A DNA stretch of 59,211 nucleotides. It comes from an uncultured Planctomycetia bacterium. GTDB lineage: Bacteria > Omnitrophota > Gorgyraeia > CAYVEO01. The notes beneath the pieces were generated by a model that was given only the letters and a program-made list of their open reading frames with translations, was not told the origin of the DNA and did no database searches. The stretch's first letter is position 1. Each line of letters begins with the position of its first letter. The translations under genes and the position numbers were made by a program. Positions 47,424-57,464 of the stretch are shown here, one piece after another. Where the stretch lies: the NCBI GenBank assembly GCA_964449965.1, contig CAYVEO010000004.1:213-59423 (forward strand), written 5' to 3'.

Positions 47424-50261
47424 ATGAAAATAGGACGCAGGGGATTTTTAGGGTTGTTGGGATTTGGAAGTCTTGCCCCGTTTCTCGGACAGGGAAAGAA
47501 GGCATCCAAGGTGTTTATCTCCCAGATTATCCCTGACAAGGAAATCATTCCAGGTGTTGCCCGATGGTATAATTCATTCTGTGAGGGGTGTATGGCAAAC
47601 TGCGGCACGAGGGTTCGCACAAGAGAAGGTATTGCAGTCAAGATTGAAGGGAACCCAGCCCATCCTGTGGGAAGGGGTGGGCTTTGTCCCAGGGGACAGG
47701 CAGAGATTTTTGACTTGTACCACCCTGACAGGCTAAAGAATCCGCTTCTTAAAACAGATGATGGTTCTTTCATGCCAATTACATGGGAGAAGGCGAAATC
47801 TTTACTTATAGAACATTTTGCCAAAAAGAAAGAAAATGGCACGCTGACAAGGACGGCTTTTCTTAGCCGTGGCACCACCGGGAGCCGGAAGGCGTTCATT
47901 GAAGAATGGATGAGGGAGATAGGTTCAGATGCTCTTGCGTTTTTTGAACCGGATGGATATGAGGCTGAACGCAGAGCTAATCTACTTGCCTTTGGAGAAG
48001 AAACAATTCCGTATTTTGCTATTGAAGAGGCATGCTACCTCGTCTCTTTTGGTTCAGATTTTCTTGAAACATGGATTTCACCTGTATCGTTTGCTAATCA
48101 GTTTGGCAATCTGCGCCGCATGAAGGGTGGGGATATTGTGCCGTTTATTCATTTTGACAGCCGGCTCTCACTTACAGCCGCCAATGCTGATAAGAGAATA
48201 TGGATTAGACCTGGAGATGAGGCTCTGATTGCACTTGCTATGGCGCACGTTATTGTGGGTGAAAGAGGTGGGGATGGGATTAAGAATTATCTTGCTGACT
48301 ATTCTCCGGATGATGTGGCAAAGAGGACGGGTATTTCCTCTGATTTTATTAAAGGTATTGCCAATGAATTTATTACACACTCTCCATCTCTTGCAATTGC
48401 CGGTGGCTCACTTTTATCGCATGAAAACAAGGTTTCAAGTCTAATTGCTGTCAATCTGCTAAACTACGTGGCTGGAAATATCAACAGGACAGTCAGATTT
48501 GACCGCACTGAAAATCGTGATGGGCTTGTCAGTGCTCAGACACTGGTGCAGTTTTTTAAACGACTTCAGGATGATAGAATAGATACCCTGATTCTTTATG
48601 AGGCAAATCCTATCTATTGGTTTCCGAATAAAGATTTAATTGATGATAATCTCTTTATAATTGCATGGACAGATACTCTGAATGAGACGACTTTGCATGC
48701 TGACTTGATTCTTCCTGCTCTTCATCCATTAGAAACATGGCGGGATAGTGAACCTCGTAAAGGCATATTTAATATTTCACCTCCGGTAATGAAGCCGCAC
48801 CTTGATGGGCGTGACCCATTCAATATTCTATCCTATGTCCTTCATGGGCAGGAATCTGCAGATACAATGGAGAACTTTATCAAGAACCGATGGGAAGTAT
48901 TGAGAAAAGATTGTTTCCCTGATATCTCACAAGAAAGTTTCTGGCAGGGTACTATTAATGCCGGATTTATAGAAATACCGATTAAGGCAAAAGAGGTCTC
49001 TTTTAAACCAGATGTATTGCCTTATCTGCAAAAATGGGGGCAGCCCCGACGTAACGTCGGGGCAGTCCCATTTTTCCTTATGCCATATCTTTCCAGCAGA
49101 TTTTATGATGGACGTTCTGCAAACAACCCATGGCTCAATGAATTGCCAGACCCTATTACTACTATCTCATGGGATTCATGGATAGAGATAAGTTCCGTTA
49201 CCGCAGGCAAATTAGGGCTTTCAAACGGTAACGTTGTGCGTATTAGTGCAGGTGAATTTGCTATAGAAGGACCCGTATATATCCAGCCATCAATGCATGA
49301 GGACTGTCTAAGCATCCCTATAGGACAGGGAATAAATCCCATTATGCTTGTGCCTGACAGGTTCAATGAGGCAGGGGGATTAGTCCTTATAAGGATGGAT
49401 ATATCTATTTCAAAGACTGATAAACATATTGCTCTAACAAAGATTCAGGGGAGTGACAGACAGAAGGGACGCGGGATTTTCAGAAATATATATTCTGATG
49501 ATTTGGATAAAAATGAGAGTAATGAACCCCATAGAGAAGAGAGTCTTTATCCTGAGCGTCAATTCCCCGGCTATCATTGGGGTATGGTAATTGATTTGAA
49601 TCTGTGTATCGGGTGTGGGGCGTGTGTCCTCGGATGTTATGCTGAGAATAACGTCCCGTTTGTCGGTAAAAAACTATCCCTGAAGGGCTATCAGATGAAC
49701 TGGTTACGGATAGAGAGATATATTGAAGAAGAGAATCGCGGGGTCAGTTTTGGATTTCTGCCGATGTTATGTCAGCATTGTGCCAATGCCCCTTGCGAGC
49801 CTGTATGTCCTGTCTATGCTACTGTTCAGAATCATGAAGGCTTGAATACACAGGTGTATAGCCGCTGCGTCGGGACACGTTACTGTTCCAACAACTGTCC
49901 TTATAAAGTGAGGCGATTCAATTGGTTTACCTACAGGATTCCTGACGAGTTCAAAAGGCAGAGAAATCCGGATGTTCCTGCCAGAACCAAAGGAATAATG
50001 GAAAAATGCACATTCTGCATTCAGCGTATCCGGGAGGCAAAGGACCGTGCAAAGGATGAAAAGCGTAAGGTCATAGACGGAGAAATAAAGACGGCATGTT
50101 CAGAATCCTGTCCCACAGGGGCAATTGTATTCGGTGACCTTAACGACAGGGAAGGCAGGGTTTGGCATCTTGCCCAGAGCAAAAGGGCTTACAGGGTTTT
50201 TGAAGGGTTGAATACAAAACCATCAATATATTATTTAAAGAAGGTGAGAATATCAATATAA
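47424..50261 (+). CDS. actB: Alternative complex III subunit B (molybdopterin-oxidoreductase-like domain + Fe-S domain)
   Basis: Tat signal GRRGFL; CEGC..NC, KIEGNP.HP, CIGCGAC, CQHCANAPC, CVGTRYC, EKCTFC. Confidence 0.92.
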   Translation: MKIGRRGFLGLLGFGSLAPFLGQGKKASKVFISQIIPDKEIIPGVARWYNSFCEGCMANCGTRVRTREGIAVKIEGNPAHPVGRGGLCPRGQAEIFDLYHPDRLKNPLLKTDDGSFMPITWEKAKSLLIEHFAKKKENGTLTRTAFLSRGTTGSRKAFIEEWMREIGSDALAFFEPDGYEAERRANLLAFGEETIPYFAIEEACYLVSFGSDFLETWISPVSFANQFGNLRRMKGGDIVPFIHFDSRLSLTAANADKRIWIRPGDEALIALAMAHVIVGERGGDGIKNYLADYSPDDVAKRTGISSDFIKGIANEFITHSPSLAIAGGSLLSHENKVSSLIAVNLLNYVAGNINRTVRFDRTENRDGLVSAQTLVQFFKRLQDDRIDTLILYEANPIYWFPNKDLIDDNLFIIAWTDTLNETTLHADLILPALHPLETWRDSEPRKGIFNISPPVMKPHLDGRDPFNILSYVLHGQESADTMENFIKNRWEVLRKDCFPDISQESFWQGTINAGFIEIPIKAKEVSFKPDVLPYLQKWGQPRRNVGAVPFFLMPYLSSRFYDGRSANNPWLNELPDPITTISWDSWIEISSVTAGKLGLSNGNVVRISAGEFAIEGPVYIQPSMHEDCLSIPIGQGINPIMLVPDRFNEAGGLVLIRMDISISKTDKHIALTKIQGSDRQKGRGIFRNIYSDDLDKNESNEPHREESLYPERQFPGYHWGMVIDLNLCIGCGACVLGCYAENNVPFVGKKLSLKGYQMNWLRIERYIEEENRGVSFGFLPMLCQHCANAPCEPVCPVYATVQNHEGLNTQVYSRCVGTRYCSNNCPYKVRRFNWFTYRIPDEFKRQRNPDVPARTKGIMEKCTFCIQRIREAKDRAKDEKRKVIDGEIKTACSESCPTGAIVFGDLNDREGRVWHLAQSKRAYRVFEGLNTKPSIYYLKKVRISI
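49030..49075. repeat. Palindromic element embedded in frame in actB
   Basis: AAAAATGGGGGCAGCCCCGACGTAACGTCGGGGCAGTCCCATTTTT. Confidence 0.75.
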
Positions 50262-51559
50262 CCCAAATTGATGATAAAATCCTTAATACTTTAAAGCGAC
50301 CCAGTTTAAAGTATCTATTTCTTCTTGCATTTACATCGGGCTGTGTATTGTTAGCAGCCATAGCCTGGGCATATCAGATATTTGCTGGGCTTGGTATAGC
50401 AGGAATCAGACATCCTGTTATGTGGGCTATCTATATCACAAATTTCGTCTTCTGGGTGGGGATTGCACATTCCGGAACTTTAATCTCTGCTATTCTATAC
50501 CTGTTCCGGGCTAAATGGCGGACCAGTATAAGCCGTGCCGCTGAGGCTATGACTGTATTTGCTATTATGACTGCAGGACTCTTCCCGCTTGTCCACCTTG
50601 GAAGGGTCTGGAAATTTTACTGGCTCATCCCGTATCCAAACCAGAGGGGGTTATGGGTAAACTTCAAGTCACCGCTTATCTGGGACGTATTTGCAGTTGG
50701 TACATATTTTACGGTGAGTCTCTTATTCTTTTATCTGGGACTTATACCGGATATTGCCCTGGTTCGTGACAGGTCAACCGGAATCAGGAAGTTTTTTTAC
50801 TCTACTCTGTCGCTTGGCTGGTCTGGCTCATCAAGAGAGTGGCAGCATTATAAAAAGGCATATCTCCTTTTAGCAGGTATCGCTACGCCATTGGTTGTCT
50901 CTGTTCATAGTGTCGTATCATGGGACTTTGCCATGTCAATCGTCCCTGGATGGCACAGCACCATATTTGCACCATATTTTGTAGCCGGTGCAGTATTCTC
51001 AGGAACAGCAATGATTATCACACTACTCGTCCCCTTGAGAAAGGTATTTCATTTAGAGGAATTCATCACGGTTTATAACTTTGAAAACCTTGCAAAGATA
51101 CTTATATTTATGTCTCTGATTATAACGTATTCTTATGCAATGGAATTTTTCACTGCATGGTACAGCAATAATATATTTGAACAGGAGACATTTTATTGGA
51201 GGGCTTTTGGCTATTACAGATATATCTTCTGGTTCATGCTGGTGTGCAATTCCGGACTGCCCCTCCTTTTCTTTTTCAGGAATGTGCGCAGGAATATAAC
51301 TGCTATTTTTATTATAGCAATTTTTATAAATATAGGCATGTGGTTTGAGAGGTTCATCATCATTGTCACGTCTTTGGCACATGACTTTGACCCATACGTA
51401 TGGAGAACGTATTCTCCAAGACCCGTAGAATTGATAATAACCCTTGGTAGTTTGGGTTTATTTTTAACGCTATTCTTAGTCTTTGTTAAGGTATTCCCTG
51501 CAGTATCGGTTTCTGAGACAAAGGCTTTAGCACATAAAGATAAAAGCAGGAAGGATTGA
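50258..51559 (+). CDS. actC: Alternative complex III subunit C (NrfD/PsrC family); probable ATA start (first TTG at 50348)
   Basis: NFVFWVGIAHSGTLISA, HLGR.W, SPLIWD, SVHSVVSWDF, WHSTIFAPYFV, WFERF. Confidence 0.92.
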   Translation: MTQIDDKILNTLKRPSLKYLFLLAFTSGCVLLAAIAWAYQIFAGLGIAGIRHPVMWAIYITNFVFWVGIAHSGTLISAILYLFRAKWRTSISRAAEAMTVFAIMTAGLFPLVHLGRVWKFYWLIPYPNQRGLWVNFKSPLIWDVFAVGTYFTVSLLFFYLGLIPDIALVRDRSTGIRKFFYSTLSLGWSGSSREWQHYKKAYLLLAGIATPLVVSVHSVVSWDFAMSIVPGWHSTIFAPYFVAGAVFSGTAMIITLLVPLRKVFHLEEFITVYNFENLAKILIFMSLIITYSYAMEFFTAWYSNNIFEQETFYWRAFGYYRYIFWFMLVCNSGLPLLFFFRNVRRNITAIFIIAIFINIGMWFERFIIIVTSLAHDFDPYVWRTYSPRPVELIITLGSLGLFLTLFLVFVKVFPAVSVSETKALAHKDKSRKD

Positions 51560-53244
51560 ATTGTATGCAGGTAAAAGATAAGATTATAACTGCCAAATTT
51601 ACAGGTGCTGAAGAACTTACGTCTGCATTGAAAGCATTGATAGAAAATGGGTACAAGGTAGTGGATGTGCATAGTCCTCATCCATTAGTAGGCATAGAGG
51701 ACATCATTGGCCGCAGGGAAAGCCCTGTCAGGTTATGGGCTTTTATCGGCGGCATTATCGGACTTGTCACAGGTTTTGGATGGACAATCTGGACATCCTT
51801 AGATTGGCCGCACTTCACAGGTGGAAAACCAATCGTCTCTTTACCTCCATTTTTGATAATTGCATTTGAATTGACTCTGTTATTCGGTGCCATCGGAACA
51901 ATTATTGGCTTTGCACTTCATTCAAGGCTTCCATCTATTATGAAAAAACAAAGCCTCACAGGAGACCAGTTCGGATTATCCATAATTGTAGAGATAGATA
52001 AAATTAAATCTATTGAATCTCTTCTTTCATCCCTTGGTGCTTTAGAGACATCGGTTGATGACTGGAATGGGACATTGCTGAAACATTTGCCAAAGCCAAC
52101 ACCTACCAGAGTAGGTAAACCTGTAGGGGGGGGATTCATCCGCACCGATGCGGGCTTGATAAATCAAGCCCCTACAATCTTGAAATTCCGATTGACTTTT
52201 ATAGTGATGGCCATGCTCGGGATAATATCATTTCTAATCGGAATATCCGGCGCTGGAGCCCATCGCACATGGCAGATATATCTTGTAAACCTTCTATACT
52301 GGACAGGCATTTCATTAGGAGGTGTCCTCTTTACTGCAATCATTGTAATAACTAAGGCAGAATGGACCAAGGAATTGAAAATAATTGGGATGCGGTTCTT
52401 TCCATTCATTCCTCTCTCATTAATCCTGTTTTTATTGACATACTTTGGAAGAGAAGATATCTTTCCCTGGGTGAATCTTGATATTGGGGAGAAGGGAAAA
52501 TTTCTCAATATACCATTTCTATATATAAGGAACATATTTAGATGGGCTATACTCTCTATTTTAAGTTGGATTTTTATACGTAATTTTTACCGGCATACTA
52601 ATACAAAAAATCTGGATCTAACTATGACTGCTACTATACTGATAATAATCTTTATGTTTGCCTTTAGTTTTATTGGCATAGATTTAGTTATGGGCCTTTC
52701 TCCTGAGTGGGTAAGCACACTCTTCGGCGGGTATTTCGCTATAGGGGCATTTTATAATGCCCTGGCATTCATAATGCTTTGGACACTCGTTTTTAGAGTA
52801 AAAGCAGGTGACTCTGAACTTACAGATATGGGAAAGTTAATCTTTGGATTCAGTCTATTCTGGGCATCGCTCTTCTGGGCACAGTATCTCGTAATATGGT
52901 ATGGTAACATCCCTGAAGAGACAGGTTTTGTCTATAGCAGGCTTAACGTCGTTCCATGGAAATTGCTCTCGTGGACGGTTATAGTCCTGAACTTTTTCAT
53001 TCCATTCCTCCTTCTTTTAGGAAGGTATGCAAAATCAAACCGCGTTATACTCCTTGCAGCAAGCACCAGTATTACTCTGGGATTCTTTATTGAAAGGTTT
53101 ATCCTTATCGTCCCATCTATCTCATCAAAACCTTCTTTTGGGGCTATTGAGTTACTCGTATCCATCGGATTCCTTGGAGTATTTCTCTGCGGAATTTATG
53201 TTCTTGACAAGCGGAAATTTTTAAAATATACTAAGGTTATATGA
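51556..53244 (+). CDS. Fused alternative complex III ActD (DUF3341) - ActF protein
   Basis: N-terminal HSPHP, GGKP...FELTLLF; C-terminal DLVMGLSPEWVSTLFG, DMGKL.FG, QYLVIWYGNIPEET. Confidence 0.85.
   Translation: MNCMQVKDKIITAKFTGAEELTSALKALIENGYKVVDVHSPHPLVGIEDIIGRRESPVRLWAFIGGIIGLVTGFGWTIWTSLDWPHFTGGKPIVSLPPFLIIAFELTLLFGAIGTIIGFALHSRLPSIMKKQSLTGDQFGLSIIVEIDKIKSIESLLSSLGALETSVDDWNGTLLKHLPKPTPTRVGKPVGGGFIRTDAGLINQAPTILKFRLTFIVMAMLGIISFLIGISGAGAHRTWQIYLVNLLYWTGISLGGVLFTAIIVITKAEWTKELKIIGMRFFPFIPLSLILFLLTYFGREDIFPWVNLDIGEKGKFLNIPFLYIRNIFRWAILSILSWIFIRNFYRHTNTKNLDLTMTATILIIIFMFAFSFIGIDLVMGLSPEWVSTLFGGYFAIGAFYNALAFIMLWTLVFRVKAGDSELTDMGKLIFGFSLFWASLFWAQYLVIWYGNIPEETGFVYSRLNVVPWKLLSWTVIVLNFFIPFLLLLGRYAKSNRVILLAASTSITLGFFIERFILIVPSISSKPSFGAIELLVSIGFLGVFLCGIYVLDKRKFLKYTKVI
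52122..52176. repeat. GTAG-type REP doublet embedded in frame in the ActD-ActF linker
   Basis: TGTAGGGG...GGGCTTGATAAATCAAGCCC-CTACA. Confidence 0.8.
53204..53232 (+). promoter_or_regulatory. Internal sigma70 promoter for the sco-cox operon
   Basis: TTGACA-N17-TATACT inside the 3' end of actDF; ATG lies 8 nt downstream. Confidence 0.7.
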
Positions 53245-54023
53245 AAACAATGTCTAAAACAGCCTTTTTATTCTTGCTGATAATGCTGATAAATAGCGGT
53301 TCTTTTCCTGAAGGGCATGGAAGTCCACCTGAAATTGGAATTGATGAAAGACTTGGTGAATATGTCCCGCTTACCTTATCCTTCCAGGATGAAGATGGAG
53401 AAACTGTATCCTTAAGGCAGATTATATCCAGGCCGACCGTTCTTTCGTTAGTATATTACCGCTGCCCGGGTATATGCAATCCTTTGTTGAGCGGACTTGC
53501 AGAGGTATTAGGCAAACTTCAGTTAGAAATGGGCAGGGATTATAACGTCTTAACAGTCAGTTTTGACCCGCAAGATACCCCGGCGATTGCCATTGAGAAG
53601 AAAAAAAACTATCTGACGATTCTTAAAAAGGAACATGCTAAAGAATCATGGAGGTTCTTGACGGGAGACCCTGAGAACATAAAGAAATTAACCGTGGCAG
53701 TTGGTTTTAAGTTTAAGAAGGAAGGGGACGAATTTGTTCACCCTGCGGCATTAATAATCTTGTCACCCGACGGCAAGGTCATAAGATACCTCTATGGTAT
53801 TACATTTCTTCCATTTGACGTGAATATGGCTTTTGTAGAAGCATCAAAAGGCAGGGTTGGACCCTCAATCAGGAGGGCGTTATTGTTTTGCTATAAATAT
53901 GACCCAAAGGGAAGAAAGTATGGATTAAACATTATGAGGCTTGCAGGCACTGCCATAACTTTTTTTGCTATAACATTTTTTGCTTATCTTACTATTACAG
54001 GCAGAAGAAAACAGGTGAAATAA
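53241..54023 (+). CDS. SCO1/SenC copper chaperone
   Basis: YYRCPGICNP, VSFDP.DT, WRFLTG, FVHPA. Confidence 0.9.
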   Translation: MKTMSKTAFLFLLIMLINSGSFPEGHGSPPEIGIDERLGEYVPLTLSFQDEDGETVSLRQIISRPTVLSLVYYRCPGICNPLLSGLAEVLGKLQLEMGRDYNVLTVSFDPQDTPAIAIEKKKNYLTILKKEHAKESWRFLTGDPENIKKLTVAVGFKFKKEGDEFVHPAALIILSPDGKVIRYLYGITFLPFDVNMAFVEASKGRVGPSIRRALLFCYKYDPKGRKYGLNIMRLAGTAITFFAITFFAYLTITGRRKQVK

Positions 54024-55640
54024 ATGCCGGATACCGAAAATGGCAGAAACATAAATTTCTATCAAGAAAAGGGAAGACACAAGGGAATTTTTGCCTGGAT
54101 TTTTTCAACTGACCACAAGAGGATTGGGCTGCTTTACCTGATGTCAATACTTACGGTCTTCATTACCGGTGTCATTCTTGGTCTCTTAATGAGGCTTGAA
54201 CTTATCGCGCCCGGCCAGACAATCATGACGGCGAGGACATATAATTCACTCTTTACCTACCATGGGATTATCATGATATTTTTGTTTGTAATCCCTGGCC
54301 TTTCTGCGTCTTTTGGAAATTTTTTACTGCCAATTCAGATAGGGGCAAGGGATGTATTTTTCCCCAGGTTAAACCTCCTTTCCTGGTGGCTTTTCATCAG
54401 CGGAGCAATCTTGATAATAGCCTCTCTCTTTACCAATGGCGGACCTATTGATACAGGCTGGACATTCTATGTCCCATACAGCGTAAAGACTGGCACGAAT
54501 GTTTCACTTCTCCTTTTCGCAGTATTTCTCATTGGATTTTCATCAATACTTACCGGGTTGAATTTTGTAACGACTGTCCACAGGCTCAGGGCGCCGGGTA
54601 TGAAGTGGTTTCGTCTCCCGCTTTTCGTATGGTCACTCTATGCTACTGCGTGGATACAGATTCTTGCAACACCCATTCTTGGCATTACGGTTTTGCTTGT
54701 TATCATAGAAAGATTTTTTGGCGTGGGTATTTTTGACCCTGCCAAAGGCGGTGACCCGTTGTTGTTCCAGCATCTCTTCTGGATATATTCTCATCCGGCA
54801 GTTTATATCATGATACTCCCCGCGATGGGCGTTGTCTCCGAGATTATTCCAACCTTTGCAAGAAGGACAATCTTCGGCTACAGGCAAATTGCCTTCTCAA
54901 GCCTTGCAATAGCAGGGATAGGATATTTGGTATGGGGACACCATATGTTTACAAGCGGGATGAGCGATACTGCAAGATATATTTTTTCACTCTTTACCTT
55001 TTTCGTTGCGGTACCGAGCGGGATAAAGGTTTTTAACTGGGTTGCCACATTATATAAAGGTTCAATATCGCCTGATACACCCTTTCTCTATGCGCTTTCG
55101 TTTATTTTTTTGTTTTCAATCGGCGGGCTTACAGGGCTTGTAAATGCTGCCCTGGCAACAAATGTGCATATTCATGACACATACTTTGTTGTTGGTCACT
55201 TTCATTATACCATGTTTGGCGGGGCGGCATTTGGATTCTTTGGCGCCTTGCATTACTGGTTTCCCAAGATGTTTGGCAGGATGTACAATGAAAGATTCGC
55301 AAAACTGTCATGGCTTGTGCTCTTTATTGGCTTTAACACGCTGTTTTTCCCGATGTTTATATTAGGATGGCAGGGCATGCCGAGGAGGTATTACGATTAT
55401 CTCCCGCAATTTCAGACCTGGCACCTGATTTCCACTATTGGTTCATGGCTACTTGCTGCCGGCATTATCCTGCTGTTCACAAATTTAATCAGGTCACTCT
55501 CAAAGGGCGAAAAGGCAACGGGGAATCCATGGGGTGGTACTACACTTGAATGGCAGATATCATCACCTCCACCACCTGAAAATTTTGAAGAAATACCGTT
55601 GGTTGAGCATGGCCCTTACGAATTCGGAAGGAAAATCTAA
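54024..55640 (+). CDS. ctaD: Cytochrome c oxidase subunit I, type A2
   Basis: [44 protein letters not shown]. Confidence 0.95.
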   Translation: MPDTENGRNINFYQEKGRHKGIFAWIFSTDHKRIGLLYLMSILTVFITGVILGLLMRLELIAPGQTIMTARTYNSLFTYHGIIMIFLFVIPGLSASFGNFLLPIQIGARDVFFPRLNLLSWWLFISGAILIIASLFTNGGPIDTGWTFYVPYSVKTGTNVSLLLFAVFLIGFSSILTGLNFVTTVHRLRAPGMKWFRLPLFVWSLYATAWIQILATPILGITVLLVIIERFFGVGIFDPAKGGDPLLFQHLFWIYSHPAVYIMILPAMGVVSEIIPTFARRTIFGYRQIAFSSLAIAGIGYLVWGHHMFTSGMSDTARYIFSLFTFFVAVPSGIKVFNWVATLYKGSISPDTPFLYALSFIFLFSIGGLTGLVNAALATNVHIHDTYFVVGHFHYTMFGGAAFGFFGALHYWFPKMFGRMYNERFAKLSWLVLFIGFNTLFFPMFILGWQGMPRRYYDYLPQFQTWHLISTIGSWLLAAGIILLFTNLIRSLSKGEKATGNPWGGTTLEWQISSPPPPENFEEIPLVEHGPYEFGRKI

Positions 55641-55641
55641 T

Positions 55642-56262
55642 GTGAATGAAACTGCAGGCATAGCAGTTGAAAAAGAGGCAGATTATACAGGCACAAGGAT
55701 AGGGATGTGGCTCTTTCTTTTTACTGAAATGCTGCTGTTCGGCGGCATGTTTTTGCTGTATTCTGTATACCGCTCAATGTACCCGCAGGATTTCCATAGC
55801 GCCGCTAATGAACTGAATGTTATAACCGGAACAGTAAATACCATAATACTAATCACGAGCAGCCTTACAATGGCGATTTCTATATCTGCAGCACAAAAAG
55901 GTCATAAGGGTTTGTCAATAATTTCCCTGGCGTTGACGATACTTTTAGGACTTTTATTCCTTATAAACAAATACCTTGAATGGGGTGATAAGTTTCAACA
56001 TGGAATATATCCTAATTCCGCAGGGTTATTAAGACAGGAAAGCGGCAATGTCCTTTTCTATGGACTCTATTTTGTCATGACAGGACTACATGGTTTACAC
56101 GTCCTTGCTGGCGTAATTTTGCTGTCGGTAATGTTAATTTTGCTCCTAAACAAAAGAAATGACGGAAGGAATTATATTAAGTTAGAAAATTCAGGGCTCT
56201 ACTGGCATCTCGTTGATATCGTATGGATTTTCATATTCCCTTTATTTTATTTGATAACTTAA
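55642..56262 (+). CDS. ctaE: Cytochrome c oxidase subunit III
   Basis: GMWLFLFTE, TGLHGLHV, YWHLVD; GTG start after SD GGAAGG. Confidence 0.92.
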   Translation: MNETAGIAVEKEADYTGTRIGMWLFLFTEMLLFGGMFLLYSVYRSMYPQDFHSAANELNVITGTVNTIILITSSLTMAISISAAQKGHKGLSIISLALTILLGLLFLINKYLEWGDKFQHGIYPNSAGLLRQESGNVLFYGLYFVMTGLHGLHVLAGVILLSVMLILLLNKRNDGRNYIKLENSGLYWHLVDIVWIFIFPLFYLIT

Positions 56263-56271
56263 GAGGTAAAC

Positions 56272-56562
56272 GTGGAAGAAAGAAGGACAGACGTCCATAT
56301 CATAAATTATAGAACGTATATTATGGTATGGCTGGGACTATTGGCATTTACCCTAATAAGTGTGGCAGCAGCAGGCATTGATATCGGAGGACTTAATGTC
56401 ATAGCGCCTTTGCTCATAGCTGCATTAAAAGCGCTGTTAGTTCTGTCTTTTTTCATGCACCTTAAATACGAAGTTGTGAGCCTTAAGATAATGTTAGCAG
56501 CCGCAGTTATAATACTGGCAATAATTATCTGCTTCACGTTTTTTGACGTATCATTCAGATGA
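56272..56562 (+). CDS. ctaF: Cytochrome c oxidase subunit IV
   Basis: KALLVLSFFMHLKY; three TM helices. Confidence 0.88.
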   Translation: MEERRTDVHIINYRTYIMVWLGLLAFTLISVAAAGIDIGGLNVIAPLLIAALKALLVLSFFMHLKYEVVSLKIMLAAAVIILAIIICFTFFDVSFR

Positions 56563-57464
56563 ATACAGTAGATAAGGTAGACAGCGTATTTTTATTCATA
56601 CTGACGGTATCTGTAATACTCCTGGTTATTATTACGTTTTTAATGGTTCTTTTTGTAATAAAGTATGACAGGAAGAAAAACCTTCAGCCCAAAAATATTG
56701 AGTCAAATACAGTCCTTGAGATTATATGGGTTTTAGTACCCACAATCTTAGTCCTTTTTATGTTCTACTATGGCTGGACCGGGTTTAAGTCCATACGCGG
56801 GGTTCCGAAGGACGCTATGGTTGTAAAAGTGACAGCGAGGATGTGGTCATGGCTCTTTGAATATGAGAACGGAAAGAAGAGCAAGGCATTGAATGTTCCG
56901 GTTGGCAGACCTGTAAAATTGGCACTTTTGTCACAGGATGTAATCCACAGTTTTTATCTGCCTGCTTTCAGGGTGAAAGAGGATGCTGTTCCAAGACTGA
57001 AGACATATCTATGGTTTAAGCCGGAAGAAGTTGGTTCATATGATATCTTCTGTGCTGAATATTGTGGCACCGGCCATTCCTCTATGTTGTCAAAGCTTAT
57101 AGTCATGCCTGAGGATGATTTTAGAAAATGGTACGAGGGTGAGGTTGTCTCAGAAGAAAGGGTTGAAGTTGAAAAAATGCCTCACGGACTGCGCCTGATT
57201 GAGGAAGAGGGGTGTACTGTCTGCCATACCACGGACGGCTCTCTCTTGGTCGGCCCAACGTTCAAAGGGATGTTTGGGATGAAGCAGAAGGTGATGGCCA
57301 ACGGCGCTGAAAGAGAAATTATAATAGACGAGGAATATATTAGCAGGTCAATAAAAGAGCCTAATGCAGACGTAGCAAAAGGTTTTGAGCCAATCATGCC
57401 CGAGATAGAGCTGACAGAAGAGCAGATTAAGGATATAATTGAGTATTTAAAGACATTAAAATAA
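56559..57464 (+). CDS. ctaC: Cytochrome c oxidase subunit II with fused cytochrome c
   Basis: LEIIW, DVIHSF, CAEYCGTGHSSM (CuA), CTVCH. Confidence 0.95.
   Translation: MNTVDKVDSVFLFILTVSVILLVIITFLMVLFVIKYDRKKNLQPKNIESNTVLEIIWVLVPTILVLFMFYYGWTGFKSIRGVPKDAMVVKVTARMWSWLFEYENGKKSKALNVPVGRPVKLALLSQDVIHSFYLPAFRVKEDAVPRLKTYLWFKPEEVGSYDIFCAEYCGTGHSSMLSKLIVMPEDDFRKWYEGEVVSEERVEVEKMPHGLRLIEEEGCTVCHTTDGSLLVGPTFKGMFGMKQKVMANGAEREIIIDEEYISRSIKEPNADVAKGFEPIMPEIELTEEQIKDIIEYLKTLK

Noticed and set aside
47424-50261. ActB as a catalytic molybdoenzyme or the operon as Qrc/polysulfide reductase
   Set aside because: Fused B1-B2 architecture with ActA, ActC, DUF3341 and ActF next to an oxidase fits alternative complex III
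52156-52167. FNR-like site TTGAT..ATCAA
   Set aside because: Spacer is 2 nt rather than 4, and the sequence is part of the REP hairpin inside a gene
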